In this document: positions 9,805-20,322 of the stretch, one piece after another | How the letters are laid out: each line of letters opens with the position of its first letter | Position numbering within the stretch: position 1 is the first letter of the stretch | Origin: an uncultured Bacteroidales bacterium | Lineage (GTDB): Bacteria > Bacteroidota > Bacteroidia > Bacteroidales > VadinHA17 | Length of the DNA: 64,000 bases | Assembly: GCA_963725585.1 (NCBI GenBank) | Contig: CAVRYU010000009.1 | Coordinates: forward strand, 413,070-477,069 | Direction: 5' to 3' | Program-made: the position numbers and the translations under genes | The notes under the pieces: model-generated | What the model was told of the DNA's origin: nothing | Databases searched by the model: none | What the model saw: only the letters and a program-made list of their open reading frames with translations

Positions 9805-11056
9805 TTATTCATGTACAACAGCTCCAACCTTCCTCAGGTCGTCAAAAAATCCCGGGTATGACTTAACAATACAATGTGAATCCTTGATGAATACAGTGTC
9901 TGATGCACCCAATGCTGCAACAGCTTCAGCCATCGCAATACGGTGGTCATCATGAGAATTTACTCTTGCTCCTTTTACCTTTCCTCCGGTAACGATCAGA
10001 TAATCATCACTCATTTCGACCTTTATATTCATTTTACCAAACTCTTCCGTAAGTGCAGATGCCCGGTCACTTTCTTTATGCCTGAGCCGTGAGGCACCTT
10101 TTAGTTTTGTAACACCTTTGCAGTAAGATGCAAGAGCAACGAGAGGAGGGAAGAGATCGGGCGATTCGGTGGCATCGAATTCAAAAGCTTTAAGATCAGA
10201 TTTTGATACCTCAATATTACTTTCAGTTATCTTCATATTTGCACCGGCTTTCTCAAGAGCTTTAAGTATTCCCATATCGCTCTGAAAGCTGTCTGTCCGC
10301 AAGCCGCTGACATTTATATCTCCGTTTATTGCACCCGCAACAAGAAGGAATGATCCGCCGCTCCAGTCACTTTCAATCCCGTAAGTCACCGGATTGTATT
10401 TCTGCTGCCCGGGTACCCTGAAAAGTTCATAATTCTCATTGGTTATCATAATGCCAAAATCCCTGAGGACTCCAAGTGTCATGTCAATATAGGGTTTGCT
10501 CTTCAGGTTGTTGACTTTTATAATCGATTTGTCATCAGCAAGCGGCAGTGCCATAAGCAAACCAGAAAGGAGCTGAGAGCTGACCGAACCATCAATTTCG
10601 CAATGGCCTCCCTTAAGGGGTCCTCTTATTGTAAGCGGGAGAAATCCGTCAGTAGCTGAACATTTTACTCCAAGCTGATTTAAAGCATCAGCGATCATAT
10701 TCATAGGTCTCTTTTTCAGCGAACCTGCACCTGTCATTGTTATTTCTTCATCAAAAAGTGCTGCTATTGGGGAAAACAGACGTATTGCCAGTCCCGATTC
10801 GCCGCAGTTCAGCTTCTTTTCTTTCAGCTCACCGACAGCCTGTGATCTTCATTTTATCAGGCTGAGGTTCGACCCTTGCACCCAGACTTACTGCAATGCT
10901 CATTGCAGCCAGTGAATCGTCGCAATACGATGGATTCACTAAAAGGCTCTGCCCGTCTGCAAGAATTGCAGCAGCGATCGCCCGTTGAGTCATACTTTTT
11001 GATGGTGGTGCTTTTATCTCACCCCTTACAGACGAAGGCTCTACAGATCTTTCCAT
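9805..11056 (-). pseudogene. aroA: 3-phosphoshikimate 1-carboxyvinyltransferase (EPSP synthase), one frameshift as assembled
   Basis: The N-terminal frame reads MERSVEPSSVRGEIKAPPSKSMTQRA...KMKITGCR*. The C-terminal frame, opened upstream, reads ..VGELKEKKLNCGESGLAIRLFSPIAAL..TGAGSLKKRPM... The frames join with one extra base near 10831-10848. The 11095 start in the track is a TTG extension. Confidence 0.85.
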
Positions 11057-11069
11057 AAAATCAGGTTTC

Positions 11070-12185
11070 TTATTTTTTCCCGCCGGTATTTTCAACGCCG
11101 CTGTTCATGATCCTCATCTGATGATTAATTGACTCCTGGTGTATTGCTTTAAAGATGGTATCTATCATCTCCCTGCTCAGTCCTTTTACCTGACCGTTTA
11201 TCATCACCTTTTTAATTATTTCATCCCAGCGTGTTGTCTGCAAGATAGTAATATTATTTTCCTTTTTATACTGGCCGATAGTTTCTGCAACTTTCATCCT
11301 TTTTTCAAGTATATCCAGAAGTGTGTCATCAAAAACATCTATCTGCTGCCTTAACTCGCCGAGGATATCGAGCAGTCTTGGATCAGATGCCACGGGGCTC
11401 CTGAGAACGAGCCTGCTCAGCAGTTCCCTGAGTTCATTGGGGGTGACCTGTTGGGCTGAATCGCTCAGGGCCTTATCGGGATCGATATGCGATTCAAGCA
11501 TAAGTCCGTCAAAGTTAAGGTCCATTGCCTTCTGTGAGATCTCGAAAAGATATTCCCTTGCCCCCGAAATATGACTGGGGTCACAGATTATCGGCAGGTC
11601 AGGTATACGACGGCGGAGCTCTATCGGCAATTGCCAGTTGGGTTGATTCCTGTATATTGTTTTCTCATAAGTTGAGAATCCCCGGTGAATAGCTCCCAGC
11701 CTTGTTATCCCTGCTTTGGCAATTCGCTCGATTGCCCCTATCCACAGCTCAAGATCGGGATTGATCGGATTTTTTACCAGGACCATCACATCAACACCTT
11801 TTAAGGCATCTGATATCTCCTGCACTGTGAAAGGATTAACAGATGTCCTTGCCCCAATCCACAGCATGTCGATGCCGTATTTCAGTGCCTCGTAAACATG
11901 TTTCTCATTGGCGACCTCAGTTCCAACCATGAGACCGGTTTCCTGCTTAACCGTTCTCAGCCATTTCAGACCATCAATTCCTACTCCTTCAAATGAATTT
12001 GGACGAGTTCTGGGCTTCCAGATACCGGCACGAAAAACGCTTACTTCTTTTATCTGAGCCAGCTCGGTTGCCGTAGCCATTACCTGTTCCTCAGTCTCAG
12101 CACTGCATGGGCCGGAAATAAGAAATGGCCTTGACTTATAGCCTCTCCACTCATTTGCCAGATATGTTTTCAATTCAAGTACCAT
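11070..12185 (-). CDS. Bifunctional 3-deoxy-7-phosphoheptulonate (DAHP) synthase / chorismate mutase (AroQ domain at C-terminus)
   Basis: 371 aa. The N-terminal part is a type I-beta DAHP synthase (FLISGPCSAETEEQV...). The C-terminal ~90 aa are chorismate-mutase-like (LRQQIDVFDDTLLDILEKRMKVAETIGQYK). Confidence 0.85.
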   Translation of the reverse strand: MVLELKTYLANEWRGYKSRPFLISGPCSAETEEQVMATATELAQIKEVSVFRAGIWKPRTRPNSFEGVGIDGLKWLRTVKQETGLMVGTEVANEKHVYEALKYGIDMLWIGARTSVNPFTVQEISDALKGVDVMVLVKNPINPDLELWIGAIERIAKAGITRLGAIHRGFSTYEKTIYRNQPNWQLPIELRRRIPDLPIICDPSHISGAREYLFEISQKAMDLNFDGLMLESHIDPDKALSDSAQQVTPNELRELLSRLVLRSPVASDPRLLDILGELRQQIDVFDDTLLDILEKRMKVAETIGQYKKENNITILQTTRWDEIIKKVMINGQVKGLSREMIDTIFKAIHQESINHQMRIMNSGVENTGGKK

Positions 12186-12198
12186 ATCATTTCATATT

Positions 12199-13044
12199 TT
12201 AATTTAAGATCTTCCTTATTTTGTTAGCCTCTTCCATCAGAGCTTTAAGGCCATCCTTATCCTTTTCTGAAATCATTTTTCTGAAAAGGTTCATCTTTTC
12301 AATGTAAGTGTCCATTACCTCAATAATAAACTCTGAATTTTCAAGAAAAATAGGAGCCCATGTATCTCCGTTACTCTTTGCAAGTCGTACCGTACTTTCA
12401 AAGCCTCCTCCGGCAAGCGTCATTATATTCTGTTCTTCACGCTCTTTGTCAAGAACGCTCAGAGCCAGCGAAAAAGATGTAATATGTGAAATATGTGATA
12501 CATAAGCAACATGAACATCATGATCGCTTGAATTCATATAGACTTTTCTCATATTCAGTATATCGAGCATTTTCTCAATCACACCAAGGGCATCCTTATC
12601 GCTGAGTTCCCGATCGCAGATTATTGCATTCTTATAATCGAAAAGTCTGCCAATCGCAGCAAGCGGACCTGAAAACTCGGTACCTGCCATTGGATGTAGC
12701 GCAACATAGCGTCCCCTGGCAGGATGATTCTTTGATATTTTTGCAATTTTCTCCTTCGTGGAGCCCATATCGGTCACTACTTTAGACGTTCCGGCTATCT
12801 GATCAAGTATTCCGGGAAGCATTTTACAATTTGTATCAACAGGTGTGCTGAGAATTATAAGGTCACTTCTGTCCACTGCATTTTCAAGTGAATCCGTTTC
12901 ATCAACCAATCCGCAAAGCTGTGCAATATTCCTGTGCTGAAGATTTGAATCGACACCTATTATTCTATCAGCGAATCCCCGTTTACGAAGGTCAATCATT
13001 AATGAACCTCCTATAAGTCCTATGCCTACTGTTGCTACTGTCAT
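12199..13044 (-). CDS. tyrA: Prephenate (or arogenate) dehydrogenase
   Basis: 281 aa with a Rossmann N-terminus (VGIGLIGGS) and the HPMAGTEFSG motif. Confidence 0.85.
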   Translation of the reverse strand: MTVATVGIGLIGGSLMIDLRKRGFADRIIGVDSNLQHRNIAQLCGLVDETDSLENAVDRSDLIILSTPVDTNCKMLPGILDQIAGTSKVVTDMGSTKEKIAKISKNHPARGRYVALHPMAGTEFSGPLAAIGRLFDYKNAIICDRELSDKDALGVIEKMLDILNMRKVYMNSSDHDVHVAYVSHISHITSFSLALSVLDKEREEQNIMTLAGGGFESTVRLAKSNGDTWAPIFLENSEFIIEVMDTYIEKMNLFRKMISEKDKDGLKALMEEANKIRKILN

Positions 13045-13075
13045 ATCTGTGATTGGTAATTAGTTATTGGTAATT

Positions 13076-13099
13076 CCCCCTTTGAAGGAGGCAAGGGGG
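13076..13099. repeat. Short C5/G5 hairpin (minimal member of the C/G-run repeat family)
   Basis: CCCCCTTtgaaggaggcAAGGGGG, preceded by the tandem attggtaatt..attggtaatt (13051-13075). Confidence 0.5.
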
Positions 13100-13115
13100 A
13101 TGTATTAATGTCATA

Positions 13116-14279
13116 CTATAAATTCAATTCTTTTATTCTTTCTTTTGCTTCCTTCAGCCTTTCATTCGACGCGCACAAAGATATTCGAATATACCGTTCT
13201 CCCATACTTCCGAAAATGAAGCCAGGGGTTATGAATACATGAGCTTTATTAAGTATCTCCTCTACAAAATCCTCACAGCTTCCGGTTTCATCGGGTATCC
13301 TTCCCCAAACGAAAAGACCGGTCTGTTCCCTGCTGAATTTACAGGACAGTAGTTCCATTATGGATTCAGCAGTTTCACGGCGTTCCGTATAAACTTTATT
13401 TACTGTGCCATACCACGATCGGGGATTACCAAGAGCTTCAGCTGCTGCCAGCTGAAGAGGCAGGAACATTCCTGAATCCATATTGCTTTTTACTTTAAGA
13501 ATATTCCTGATATAATCGCTGTTCCCGGCCACCATCCCAATCCTCCATCCTGCCATGTTATGGGATTTGCTTAATGAATTTAGCTCAAGTGAATTTTCCA
13601 TAGCACCCTCCACTGAAAGAAGACTCAGATAATCTTTATTAAGTATGAAGCTGTAAGGATTGTCGTTGCACAAAAGGATGTTGTGATCGCGGGAAAATGA
13701 GACCAGTTTCCGGAAGAGGCTTACAGATCCTTTTGTTCCGGTTGGCATATGAGGGTAATTAATCCACATAAGCTTTACATTGGCAAGGTTCTCTTTTTCA
13801 ATGGCATCGATATCCGGTAACCAGCCGCTTTTTTCATCAAGATCATAATATCTTACCTTTCCTCCGACAAGGTTTGTCACTGAAGAGTAGGTCGGATAGC
13901 CCGGATTTGGAACAAGCACTTCATCTCCGGGATTTACGAAAGCCATACTGATATGCATGATTCCCTCCTTGCTACCCATCAGTGGAAGTATTTCAGACCC
14001 AGGATCAAGCTTTACCTTGAAATACTCAAGATACCAGTCAGAGAAAGCTTTCCTTAATACAGGGCTTCCGTTATAGCTGGGATATCCATGAACATTTGGC
14101 TTGCCTGATTCCTCAGCAAGGCGCCTTATCGTATTTTCCGATGGAGGCTGGTCGGGACTTCCTATTCCAAGATTAATAATGTCAGCTCCTGCATTGCGCA
14201 TCTCTTCTATCTGCCTGAGCTTACGGGAAAAATAGTACTCCTGGACACTATTTGTACGATCAGCAGGTTTAACTTTCAT
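13116..14279 (-). CDS. Class I/II PLP aminotransferase (aromatic/prephenate aminotransferase candidate)
   Basis: About 387 aa from the ATG at 14279 (MKVKPADR...). Fold-type-I motifs are present (NPGYPTY, NYPHMPTG, SLSKSHNMAGWRIG). The 14309 start in the track is a TTG extension. Confidence 0.8.
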   Translation of the reverse strand: MKVKPADRTNSVQEYYFSRKLRQIEEMRNAGADIINLGIGSPDQPPSENTIRRLAEESGKPNVHGYPSYNGSPVLRKAFSDWYLEYFKVKLDPGSEILPLMGSKEGIMHISMAFVNPGDEVLVPNPGYPTYSSVTNLVGGKVRYYDLDEKSGWLPDIDAIEKENLANVKLMWINYPHMPTGTKGSVSLFRKLVSFSRDHNILLCNDNPYSFILNKDYLSLLSVEGAMENSLELNSLSKSHNMAGWRIGMVAGNSDYIRNILKVKSNMDSGMFLPLQLAAAEALGNPRSWYGTVNKVYTERRETAESIMELLSCKFSREQTGLFVWGRIPDETGSCEDFVEEILNKAHVFITPGFIFGSMGERYIRISLCASNERLKEAKERIKELNL

Positions 14280-15099
14280 AAAGTATGTCTCCTTTATTGT
14301 AAACACCAAGTACCTCTAAATTGCTTGTATATTCTTTTAGAATGGATTCAATAATCTTCATATCGGAATTGTCAGGCAGTTCAAGGTCGAGGTAGAACAT
14401 GTATTCCCAATCACCGTTCAACCTGGGTACTGACTGAATCTTGGAGAGATTGATGTTCATTTCAGCAAGCTTCACAAGAACGGCAGCGAGTGATCCTGGT
14501 TTGTGTCCTGTAGCAAAACAGATTGAGACTTTATTCCCTGTCTTATTTCCTTTTTCCTCACTGCCAATCACAAGGAACCTGGTGTAATTTTTCTTGTATG
14601 TCTCAATCCCTCCTGCGATGATTTCAAGACCATATATTTCAGCTGCATTGGAAGAAGCTATAGCTGCAATTTTTTTCAGCTTGTGTTCCGATATCAGTTT
14701 TGCGCTTCCGGCAGTATCGTCCGATTCGACAAGTGTTATTTCAGGGTACTGGTTCAGGAAAGTCATACACTGTTCCAGTGCAATCGGATGTGACCTGATC
14801 TGTTTTATCTCGTGAATAGTTTGACCGGGAAGAGCCATCAGGTTCTGCTTAACCCTGAGATTATGTTCCCCCAGCATTTTTAGTCCCGATTCCCTTATAA
14901 GACTGTAATTGTAAAGGATACTTCCCGACCGCGCATTTTCGATGGCCATCATTGCCAGATCGGCTTTCCCTTCCATGACGGAGTTCAGAGTCTGGTCAAA
15001 AGTCGCGCAGGGGACTATTTCTATATCTTTATTACTAAAAAACTGCCTGGCTGCAACTTCGTGAAAACATCCTTTTTCTCCCTGTACCGAAATTTTCAT
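14269..15099 (-). CDS. pheA: Prephenate dehydratase with C-terminal ACT domain
   Basis: 276 aa. The PDT domain starts ISVQGEKGCFHEVAA. An ACT-like tail follows (KPGSLAAVLVKLAEMNINLSKIQS). Confidence 0.85.
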   Translation of the reverse strand: MKISVQGEKGCFHEVAARQFFSNKDIEIVPCATFDQTLNSVMEGKADLAMMAIENARSGSILYNYSLIRESGLKMLGEHNLRVKQNLMALPGQTIHEIKQIRSHPIALEQCMTFLNQYPEITLVESDDTAGSAKLISEHKLKKIAAIASSNAAEIYGLEIIAGGIETYKKNYTRFLVIGSEEKGNKTGNKVSICFATGHKPGSLAAVLVKLAEMNINLSKIQSVPRLNGDWEYMFYLDLELPDNSDMKIIESILKEYTSNLEVLGVYNKGDILYES

Positions 15100-15113
15100 C
15101 TTCTGTATGTATT

Positions 15114-15145
15114 AAAAAAAGAAGGGTCCCTTTTTGGGGACCCTT
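15114..15145 (-). terminator. Intrinsic terminator of the Phe attenuator, 14 nt upstream of the pheA start
   Basis: The minus strand reads AAGGGTCCCcaaaaaGGGACCCTTcttttttt. Confidence 0.8.
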
Positions 15146-15183
15146 GCTTATATATGATTTCTTATCAGTATACAAAAATCCCC

Positions 15184-15249
15184 TTATTTCTTTTTGCAGT
15201 AAAAAAAGAAGAAGAAAAAAGAGAAAAAACTGTTGTATACAATATTCAT
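15184..15249 (-). CDS. Phe/Tyr leader peptide MNIVYNSFFSFFFFFFYCKKK
   Basis: 21-codon ORF with 8 Phe and 2 Tyr codons. It lies between a TAnnTTTG box and the terminator. Confidence 0.8.
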   Translation of the reverse strand: MNIVYNSFFSFFFFFFYCKKK

Positions 15250-15269
15250 TGATTAGGGTTATTGGCTTA

Positions 15270-15277
15270 CAAAAGTA
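15270..15277 (-). promoter_or_regulatory. Bacteroidota -7 promoter box (TACTTTTG) for the aromatic operon leader
   Basis: Matches the TAnnTTTG consensus, 20 nt upstream of the leader ATG. Confidence 0.55.
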
Positions 15278-15536
15278 ATTTATTTTTCATAAAACAAATA
15301 AAAAATTAATAAAATATTGAAAAACACTATTTTTTTTAACCCCAAAGCATGTAGAGATACTTTGCTCCGCTAGCGCGGATTTGTAATCCGTGCTGGTCGG
15401 TTCTGATCAATGTAGTTTTTGGCACCGATTGCAAATCGGCGCCAGCATTTCAAACAAGCAGCTTCGAGGGTTTCGGTTTTATTTGTGACGGTTCAAAAGG
15501 ACTTCTTCAACTTCAGAGAATGATACATTTTTTGTT

Positions 15537-16071
15537 TTAAGACAGAATCATCAGATGGTACAGCAGATCAGCAGCTTCGTTTTTGAACAGTTCCGGATTA
15601 TCATCTTTTGCTTCAATAATCAGTTCGACAGCCTCTTCACCGACTTTCTGGGTGATTTTGTTTAACCCTTTGAGGAACAGCTTGTTCGTATATGATTCCC
15701 TGATATTATTATCTATTCTTTGACTTATGATTTGTTCCAGCTCAAATATGAAACCTTTTGGTGTTTCTTCCCCGAAGCATGATTTTCTTCCAGTATGGCA
15801 AACCGGTCCTGCCGGATTTACTTTAATCAGCAGAGCAGTCATTATCACAATCTGTTGTTATTTCTTTAACAATAAGGAAATTACCTGAAGTTTCACCTTT
15901 TGTCCAGAGCCGGTTTTTGCTCCGGCTGAAAAATGTGACTTTCCCTTCCTCCTGAGTTTTTTTGAATGCTTCTTCATTCATATACCCGACCATAAGAACC
16001 TGAAGGGAATTATTGTCCTGAATTACAACCGGAACAAGACCATTACCTTTGTTAAAATCAATATTATTCAT
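15537..16071 (-). pseudogene. hisI: Bifunctional phosphoribosyl-AMP cyclohydrolase / phosphoribosyl-ATP pyrophosphatase, one frameshift as assembled
   Basis: The HisI part reads (..[30 protein letters not shown]) and then CSAD*. The next frame continues [22 protein letters not shown] plus the HisE part. The frames join near 15838-15850. Confidence 0.85.
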
Positions 16072-16085
16072 ATCTAATTTTTTTT

Positions 16086-16142
16086 GCCCCCCATCCCCCC
16101 TGAAGGGGGGTATTATAAGTCCCCTTTAGGGGATTTAGGGGC
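16086..16142. repeat. C/G-run nested-hairpin repeat, type 2 (copy G), inside the his operon (hisF-hisIE spacer)
   Basis: GCCCCCC at CCCCCC tgaa GGGGGG tattataagt CCCC ttta GGGG attta GGGGC. Confidence 0.85.
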
Positions 16143-16171
16143 TATAATTAAGCTGTGGCAAAGAGGACCTT

Positions 16172-16927
16172 TCAATGTCTTACATTTATGTTTCTTGTTG
16201 ATAAGTACTCTTTTAATTCCGGGATAGATATTTCCCCGTAATGAAAAATACTCGCCGCCAGGGCGGCGCTGCATGTGGTCTTTGTGAAGATCTCCCTGAA
16301 GTGTTCCATTGTTCCGGCACCGCCAGATGCTATTACCGGGATATTGACATTTTTGCTGACCTCCATTGTAATCCCGACTGAGAATCCTGATTTTGTTCCG
16401 TCTGCATTCATTGAAGTAAGCAGTATTTCACCTGCTCCCAGTTTTTCGGCCTTCAAAGCCCAGTCAACTGCTTTTGCCTGGGTGGGTGTGCGACCTGCAT
16501 CGACATATACAATCCATTCATTGTTAATGAAATGAGTGTCAATTGCAACCACCACACACTGGCAGCCGAAACGTTTTGCAACCTGTGTTATTAGTGCCGG
16601 GTTTCTGAAAGCAGAAGTGTTTATACTTATCTTGTCGGCCCCGGCGCTTATAAGCAGGGCCGCATCATCAATAGTATTTATTCCACCCCCGACTGTAAAC
16701 GGGATATTAATTTCAGCAGCAATTCTGCCAACCAGTTCAGCAAAGGTTTTCCGCTTTTCAATTGTTGCCGTAATATCCAGGAAGACCAGCTCATCAGCAC
16801 GTTGTTCAACATACTTTTTTGCAAGTTCCACAGGGTCTCCGGCATCGCGGATATCAATAAAATTGACTCCCTTGACAGTTCTTCCGTCTTTAATATCGAG
16901 ACAGGGAATGATTCTTTTTTTTAACAT
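16172..16927 (-). CDS. hisF: Imidazole glycerol phosphate synthase, cyclase subunit
   Basis: 251 aa. [20 protein letters not shown]... is the canonical HisF start. Confidence 0.95.
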   Translation of the reverse strand: MLKKRIIPCLDIKDGRTVKGVNFIDIRDAGDPVELAKKYVEQRADELVFLDITATIEKRKTFAELVGRIAAEINIPFTVGGGINTIDDAALLISAGADKISINTSAFRNPALITQVAKRFGCQCVVVAIDTHFINNEWIVYVDAGRTPTQAKAVDWALKAEKLGAGEILLTSMNADGTKSGFSVGITMEVSKNVNIPVIASGGAGTMEHFREIFTKTTCSAALAASIFHYGEISIPELKEYLSTRNINVRH

Positions 16928-17634
16928 AGCCGGCTAAGATCTTTTAAGTCAAGAATTCCTTCATATAATGCTTTTCCGATAATGGCTCCCTCACAGCCCA
17001 TCAAAGATAATTCCTCAATATCCTTTATTGTAGTGATACCACCGCTGGCAATTAATTTAAGTCCCGGTATCTCTAGTATTTCTTTGTACAGTCCTACCGA
17101 AGGTCCCTTTAACATGCCATCTTTATTAATATCAGTGCATATGGTGTATTTAATACCCTTTGCCCTGTAATCGGTAATAAATTTTATTATGTCAGAATCA
17201 GAGCTTTCAGCCCATCCTTCGGTTGCAATTTTACGGTTCACCGAATCTGCTCCCAGCATTATTTTCTCACGGCCCCATTTCGAAAGCCATTCAAGGACGA
17301 GATGCTGGCTGGTCACAGCAATACTTCCGCAGGTTACCTGTCTGGCACCGCTGTTGAAAACAATATAAAGATCATCGTCCGACCTAATGCCGCCACCGAA
17401 ATCGATTCTCAGCGATGTGCCTGCAGAGATCTTTTCAAGTATTTTGTAATTGACCACACGTTTTTTCAGAGCTCCGTCAAGATCGACCAGATGGATATAT
17501 TTAATACCGCTATCCTCAACCCGTCGGGCTACCTCAAGCGGATTCTCATTATAAATTTTTTTTGTGGAGAAATCCCCCTTTGTAAGCCTGACACATTTGC
17601 CATCAATAATATCTAGTGCAATAATGATCCTCAT
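16921..17634 (-). CDS. hisA: ProFAR isomerase
   Basis: 237 aa ([17 protein letters not shown]...). It overlaps hisF and hisH. Confidence 0.9.
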   Translation of the reverse strand: MRIIIALDIIDGKCVRLTKGDFSTKKIYNENPLEVARRVEDSGIKYIHLVDLDGALKKRVVNYKILEKISAGTSLRIDFGGGIRSDDDLYIVFNSGARQVTCGSIAVTSQHLVLEWLSKWGREKIMLGADSVNRKIATEGWAESSDSDIIKFITDYRAKGIKYTICTDINKDGMLKGPSVGLYKEILEIPGLKLIASGGITTIKDIEELSLMGCEGAIIGKALYEGILDLKDLSRLC

Positions 17635-18209
17635 AATTCAAGGAAATTCTTAAGAATTTTCATACCAGTATCAGCCGACTTTTCCGGATGAAACTGCACG
17701 GCATAGAAATTTTCCCTGTGCATTGCAGCACTGAAAGGGAGGACATAGTCGCATATTGCCAGAGTAAAATCTGTTATTTCTGCATAGTAGCTGTGAACAT
17801 AATAGACATCCTCATCGGACCTGACGTTTCTGAAAAGTGTGCCCTTTAATGCGGAGAAATCGTTCCAGCCCATATGAGGTACTTTTTCGAAAGGAGGGAA
17901 TTTCTTTACTGCAGCATCAAAAACTCCAAGGCATTTTGTGCCTCCTTCATCCGAAAAACCGCATAAAAGGTGCAATCCCAGACAGATCCCGAGAACAGGC
18001 TGTTTCAGGGAAATTATTACCTGATCCAGCTTTTTCTCTTTAAGGTATTTCATCGCACTCCTGGCTTCCCCGACACCAGGTATTATGATTTTATCAGCAG
18101 CTGCTAATTCCTCCTCCATGTCAGTCACGATTGAATCGAACCCCAGCCGTCTGACAGCATTCTGAACTGATTGGATATTCCCTGCATTATATTTTAGAAT
18201 TGCTATCAT
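17631..18209 (-). CDS. hisH: Imidazole glycerol phosphate synthase, glutaminase subunit
   Basis: 192 aa class-I glutamine amidotransferase (GICLGLHLL catalytic Cys, HSYY). Confidence 0.9.
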   Translation of the reverse strand: MIAILKYNAGNIQSVQNAVRRLGFDSIVTDMEEELAAADKIIIPGVGEARSAMKYLKEKKLDQVIISLKQPVLGICLGLHLLCGFSDEGGTKCLGVFDAAVKKFPPFEKVPHMGWNDFSALKGTLFRNVRSDEDVYYVHSYYAEITDFTLAICDYVLPFSAAMHRENFYAVQFHPEKSADTGMKILKNFLEL

Positions 18210-19294
18210 AATGTGCCTTTTGTGGAAGGTAAATTAAAATTATCTGTCTTTTTTACAGCCATCTTCAGACTTTTCGCAAATGCTTTGAATATTGACTCAA
18301 TTTTATGATGGTCGTTATCTCCCTCAGCTTTAATATTAAGATTGCATTTTGCACTGTCGCTGAACGACTTGAAAAAATGGAAGAACATTTCTGACGGGAT
18401 TTCACCAATCATTTCACGGACAAATTTAACATTCCAGATAAGCCATGGCCTGCCTCCGAAATCAATCGCAATCCGGGCCAGGGAATCATCCATAGGCAGC
18501 AGGAAACCATACCTCTCTGTTCCCTTTTTGCTTCCAAGTGCTGAAAAGACTCCTTCACCAAAAGCGATAGCCACATCCTCCACAGTGTGATGCTGATCAA
18601 CATTCAGATCTCCTGAAGCCTTGATTGTCAGATCTATCCCTCCGTGTTTCTGGATCTGGTCAAGCATGTGATCAAAAAAGCCAAGACCAGTTGAATTTGA
18701 ACCTTTTCCGGATCCGTCCAGGTTTATTTCAAGTTCAATTGAAGTCTCTTTAGTTTTTCGAAATATCCGTGCTCTTCTTGGTATAGCCTTCAGATATTTA
18801 TAAATATCGTTCCAATCGGTAGAATTGAAAGATGAAAGAGGATGCGGTTCATCCTTTATGTAAATTGCATTACAGCCAAGATTCTCAGCAAGCTGTAGAT
18901 CAGTTATCCTGTCGCCAATAACATAGGATGATTTAAGATCTACTCCCTGTGAAAGATATCTTGTCAGCATTGCAGTTCCCGGTTTCCTTGTCGGAGCATT
19001 ATCTTCCGGAAAGGTCCGGTCGATAAAGATTTCTGCAAATTCAATTCCTTCACCTTTTAATATCTGGAGCATCTTATTATGAGAAGGCCAGAATGTCTCT
19101 TCAGGGAATGCTGTTGTTCCCAGTCCATCCTGGTTGGTAACCATCACAAGCTCATAATCGGTCTCTTTTGCAATCTTTGATAGCGCAGTGATGACACCCG
19201 GGAGAAACCGGAATTCTTCAACAGAGTCCACCTGTTCGTCGGCCGGTTCTTCTATTATTGTACCATCCCTGTCAATAAATAAAACCTTTCTCAT
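18206..19294 (-). CDS. hisB: Bifunctional histidinol-phosphatase / imidazoleglycerol-phosphate dehydratase
   Basis: 362 aa. An HAD N-terminus ([10 protein letters not shown]) is followed by the IGPD domain ([21 protein letters not shown]). Confidence 0.9.
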   Translation of the reverse strand: MRKVLFIDRDGTIIEEPADEQVDSVEEFRFLPGVITALSKIAKETDYELVMVTNQDGLGTTAFPEETFWPSHNKMLQILKGEGIEFAEIFIDRTFPEDNAPTRKPGTAMLTRYLSQGVDLKSSYVIGDRITDLQLAENLGCNAIYIKDEPHPLSSFNSTDWNDIYKYLKAIPRRARIFRKTKETSIELEINLDGSGKGSNSTGLGFFDHMLDQIQKHGGIDLTIKASGDLNVDQHHTVEDVAIAFGEGVFSALGSKKGTERYGFLLPMDDSLARIAIDFGGRPWLIWNVKFVREMIGEIPSEMFFHFFKSFSDSAKCNLNIKAEGDNDHHKIESIFKAFAKSLKMAVKKTDNFNLPSTKGTL

Positions 19295-20322
19295 AGTTTA
19301 ATTCTTTGCAAAGCGGTTAAAAGTTTGTTGTTTTCTTTTTCCGTTCCAACCGTTATCCGTATGCATCCTGGAACCATTTTGTTCCTGTTTCTTACAATGA
19401 TTTTATTATCAATTAGTTCAGAGTATATCATGTCGGCATCCCTCGTCTTGACAAGGAGAAAATTCGAGTCGGACGGAAAGACCTTTTCAATTATACTCAT
19501 TTTTTCAAGAGCATTTATAAGTCTTTCCCTTTCCTTTCTGATCAGGCTGATATTGTTTTTCAACAGATCAATATGCTTAAGAGATTTCAGGGCTGCTTCC
19601 TGATTTAGGGTGCTGATATTATATGGTGGTTTCATCTTATTGAAATACAATACCAAGGAAGGATCCATGAATGCCATTCCGACTCTCGCTGCAGCAAGGC
19701 CCATAGCTTTGCTGAAGGTCTGCATTACGATAAGATTGCTGTATCGGTTGATCATAGTTTTAAATGATCTTTTATCAGAGAAATCAATATATGCTTCATC
19801 AATTACAACAATCCCGTTAAAACCTGAAATAATCGATTCAATTTCGAATCCTATCATTGAGTTTCCGGTAGGATTATTCGGTGAGCATACAAAGATAAGC
19901 TTCAGAGCTGGATCTTTAAGTTCCGGGAGGACACTTTTATATTCAATCTGGAAATCATCCGAGAGAGGGATCTTTACAAGCTGCACATCATTTATTGCTG
20001 CTGAAACTTCGTACATCCCGTAAGTTGGAGTAAAGGTGAGCGCTTTGTCAGTTCCCGGATTGCAGAATATCCTGAAACTCAGATCGATAATCTCGTCACT
20101 CCCATTTCCGAGGAATATATTTTCTTCAGGTACACCTTTTATTTTACTTATCGCTGTCTTGAGTTCCCTCTGGTACGGGTCGGGGTATCTGTTAAGATCT
20201 CCATAAGGATTTTCATTGGCATCGAGAAAGATTCCATCTTTACCCTTGAATTCATCCCGTGCGCAGGAGTAGGGGATAAGGGTCTTTACATTTTCTCTTA
20301 CGAGTTTATTAATATCAGCCAT
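19291..20322 (-). CDS. hisC: Histidinol-phosphate aminotransferase
   Basis: 343 aa ([23 protein letters not shown]). Confidence 0.9.
   Translation of the reverse strand: MADINKLVRENVKTLIPYSCARDEFKGKDGIFLDANENPYGDLNRYPDPYQRELKTAISKIKGVPEENIFLGNGSDEIIDLSFRIFCNPGTDKALTFTPTYGMYEVSAAINDVQLVKIPLSDDFQIEYKSVLPELKDPALKLIFVCSPNNPTGNSMIGFEIESIISGFNGIVVIDEAYIDFSDKRSFKTMINRYSNLIVMQTFSKAMGLAAARVGMAFMDPSLVLYFNKMKPPYNISTLNQEAALKSLKHIDLLKNNISLIRKERERLINALEKMSIIEKVFPSDSNFLLVKTRDADMIYSELIDNKIIVRNRNKMVPGCIRITVGTEKENNKLLTALQRIKL

Noticed and set aside
15061-15252. 63-aa plus-strand ORF spanning the pheA leader region
   Set aside because: It is low-complexity (poly-K/E) and is simply the complement of the poly-Phe leader and terminator. 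The minus-strand leader-ORF interpretation explains the sequence better.
15370-15446. tRNA-like anticodon stem-loops (gcgga-tttgtaa-tccgt; ccga-ttgcaaa-tcgg)
   Set aside because: No acceptor stem, D-arm or GTTC-type T-arm can be drawn around either hairpin, so no tRNA is called.
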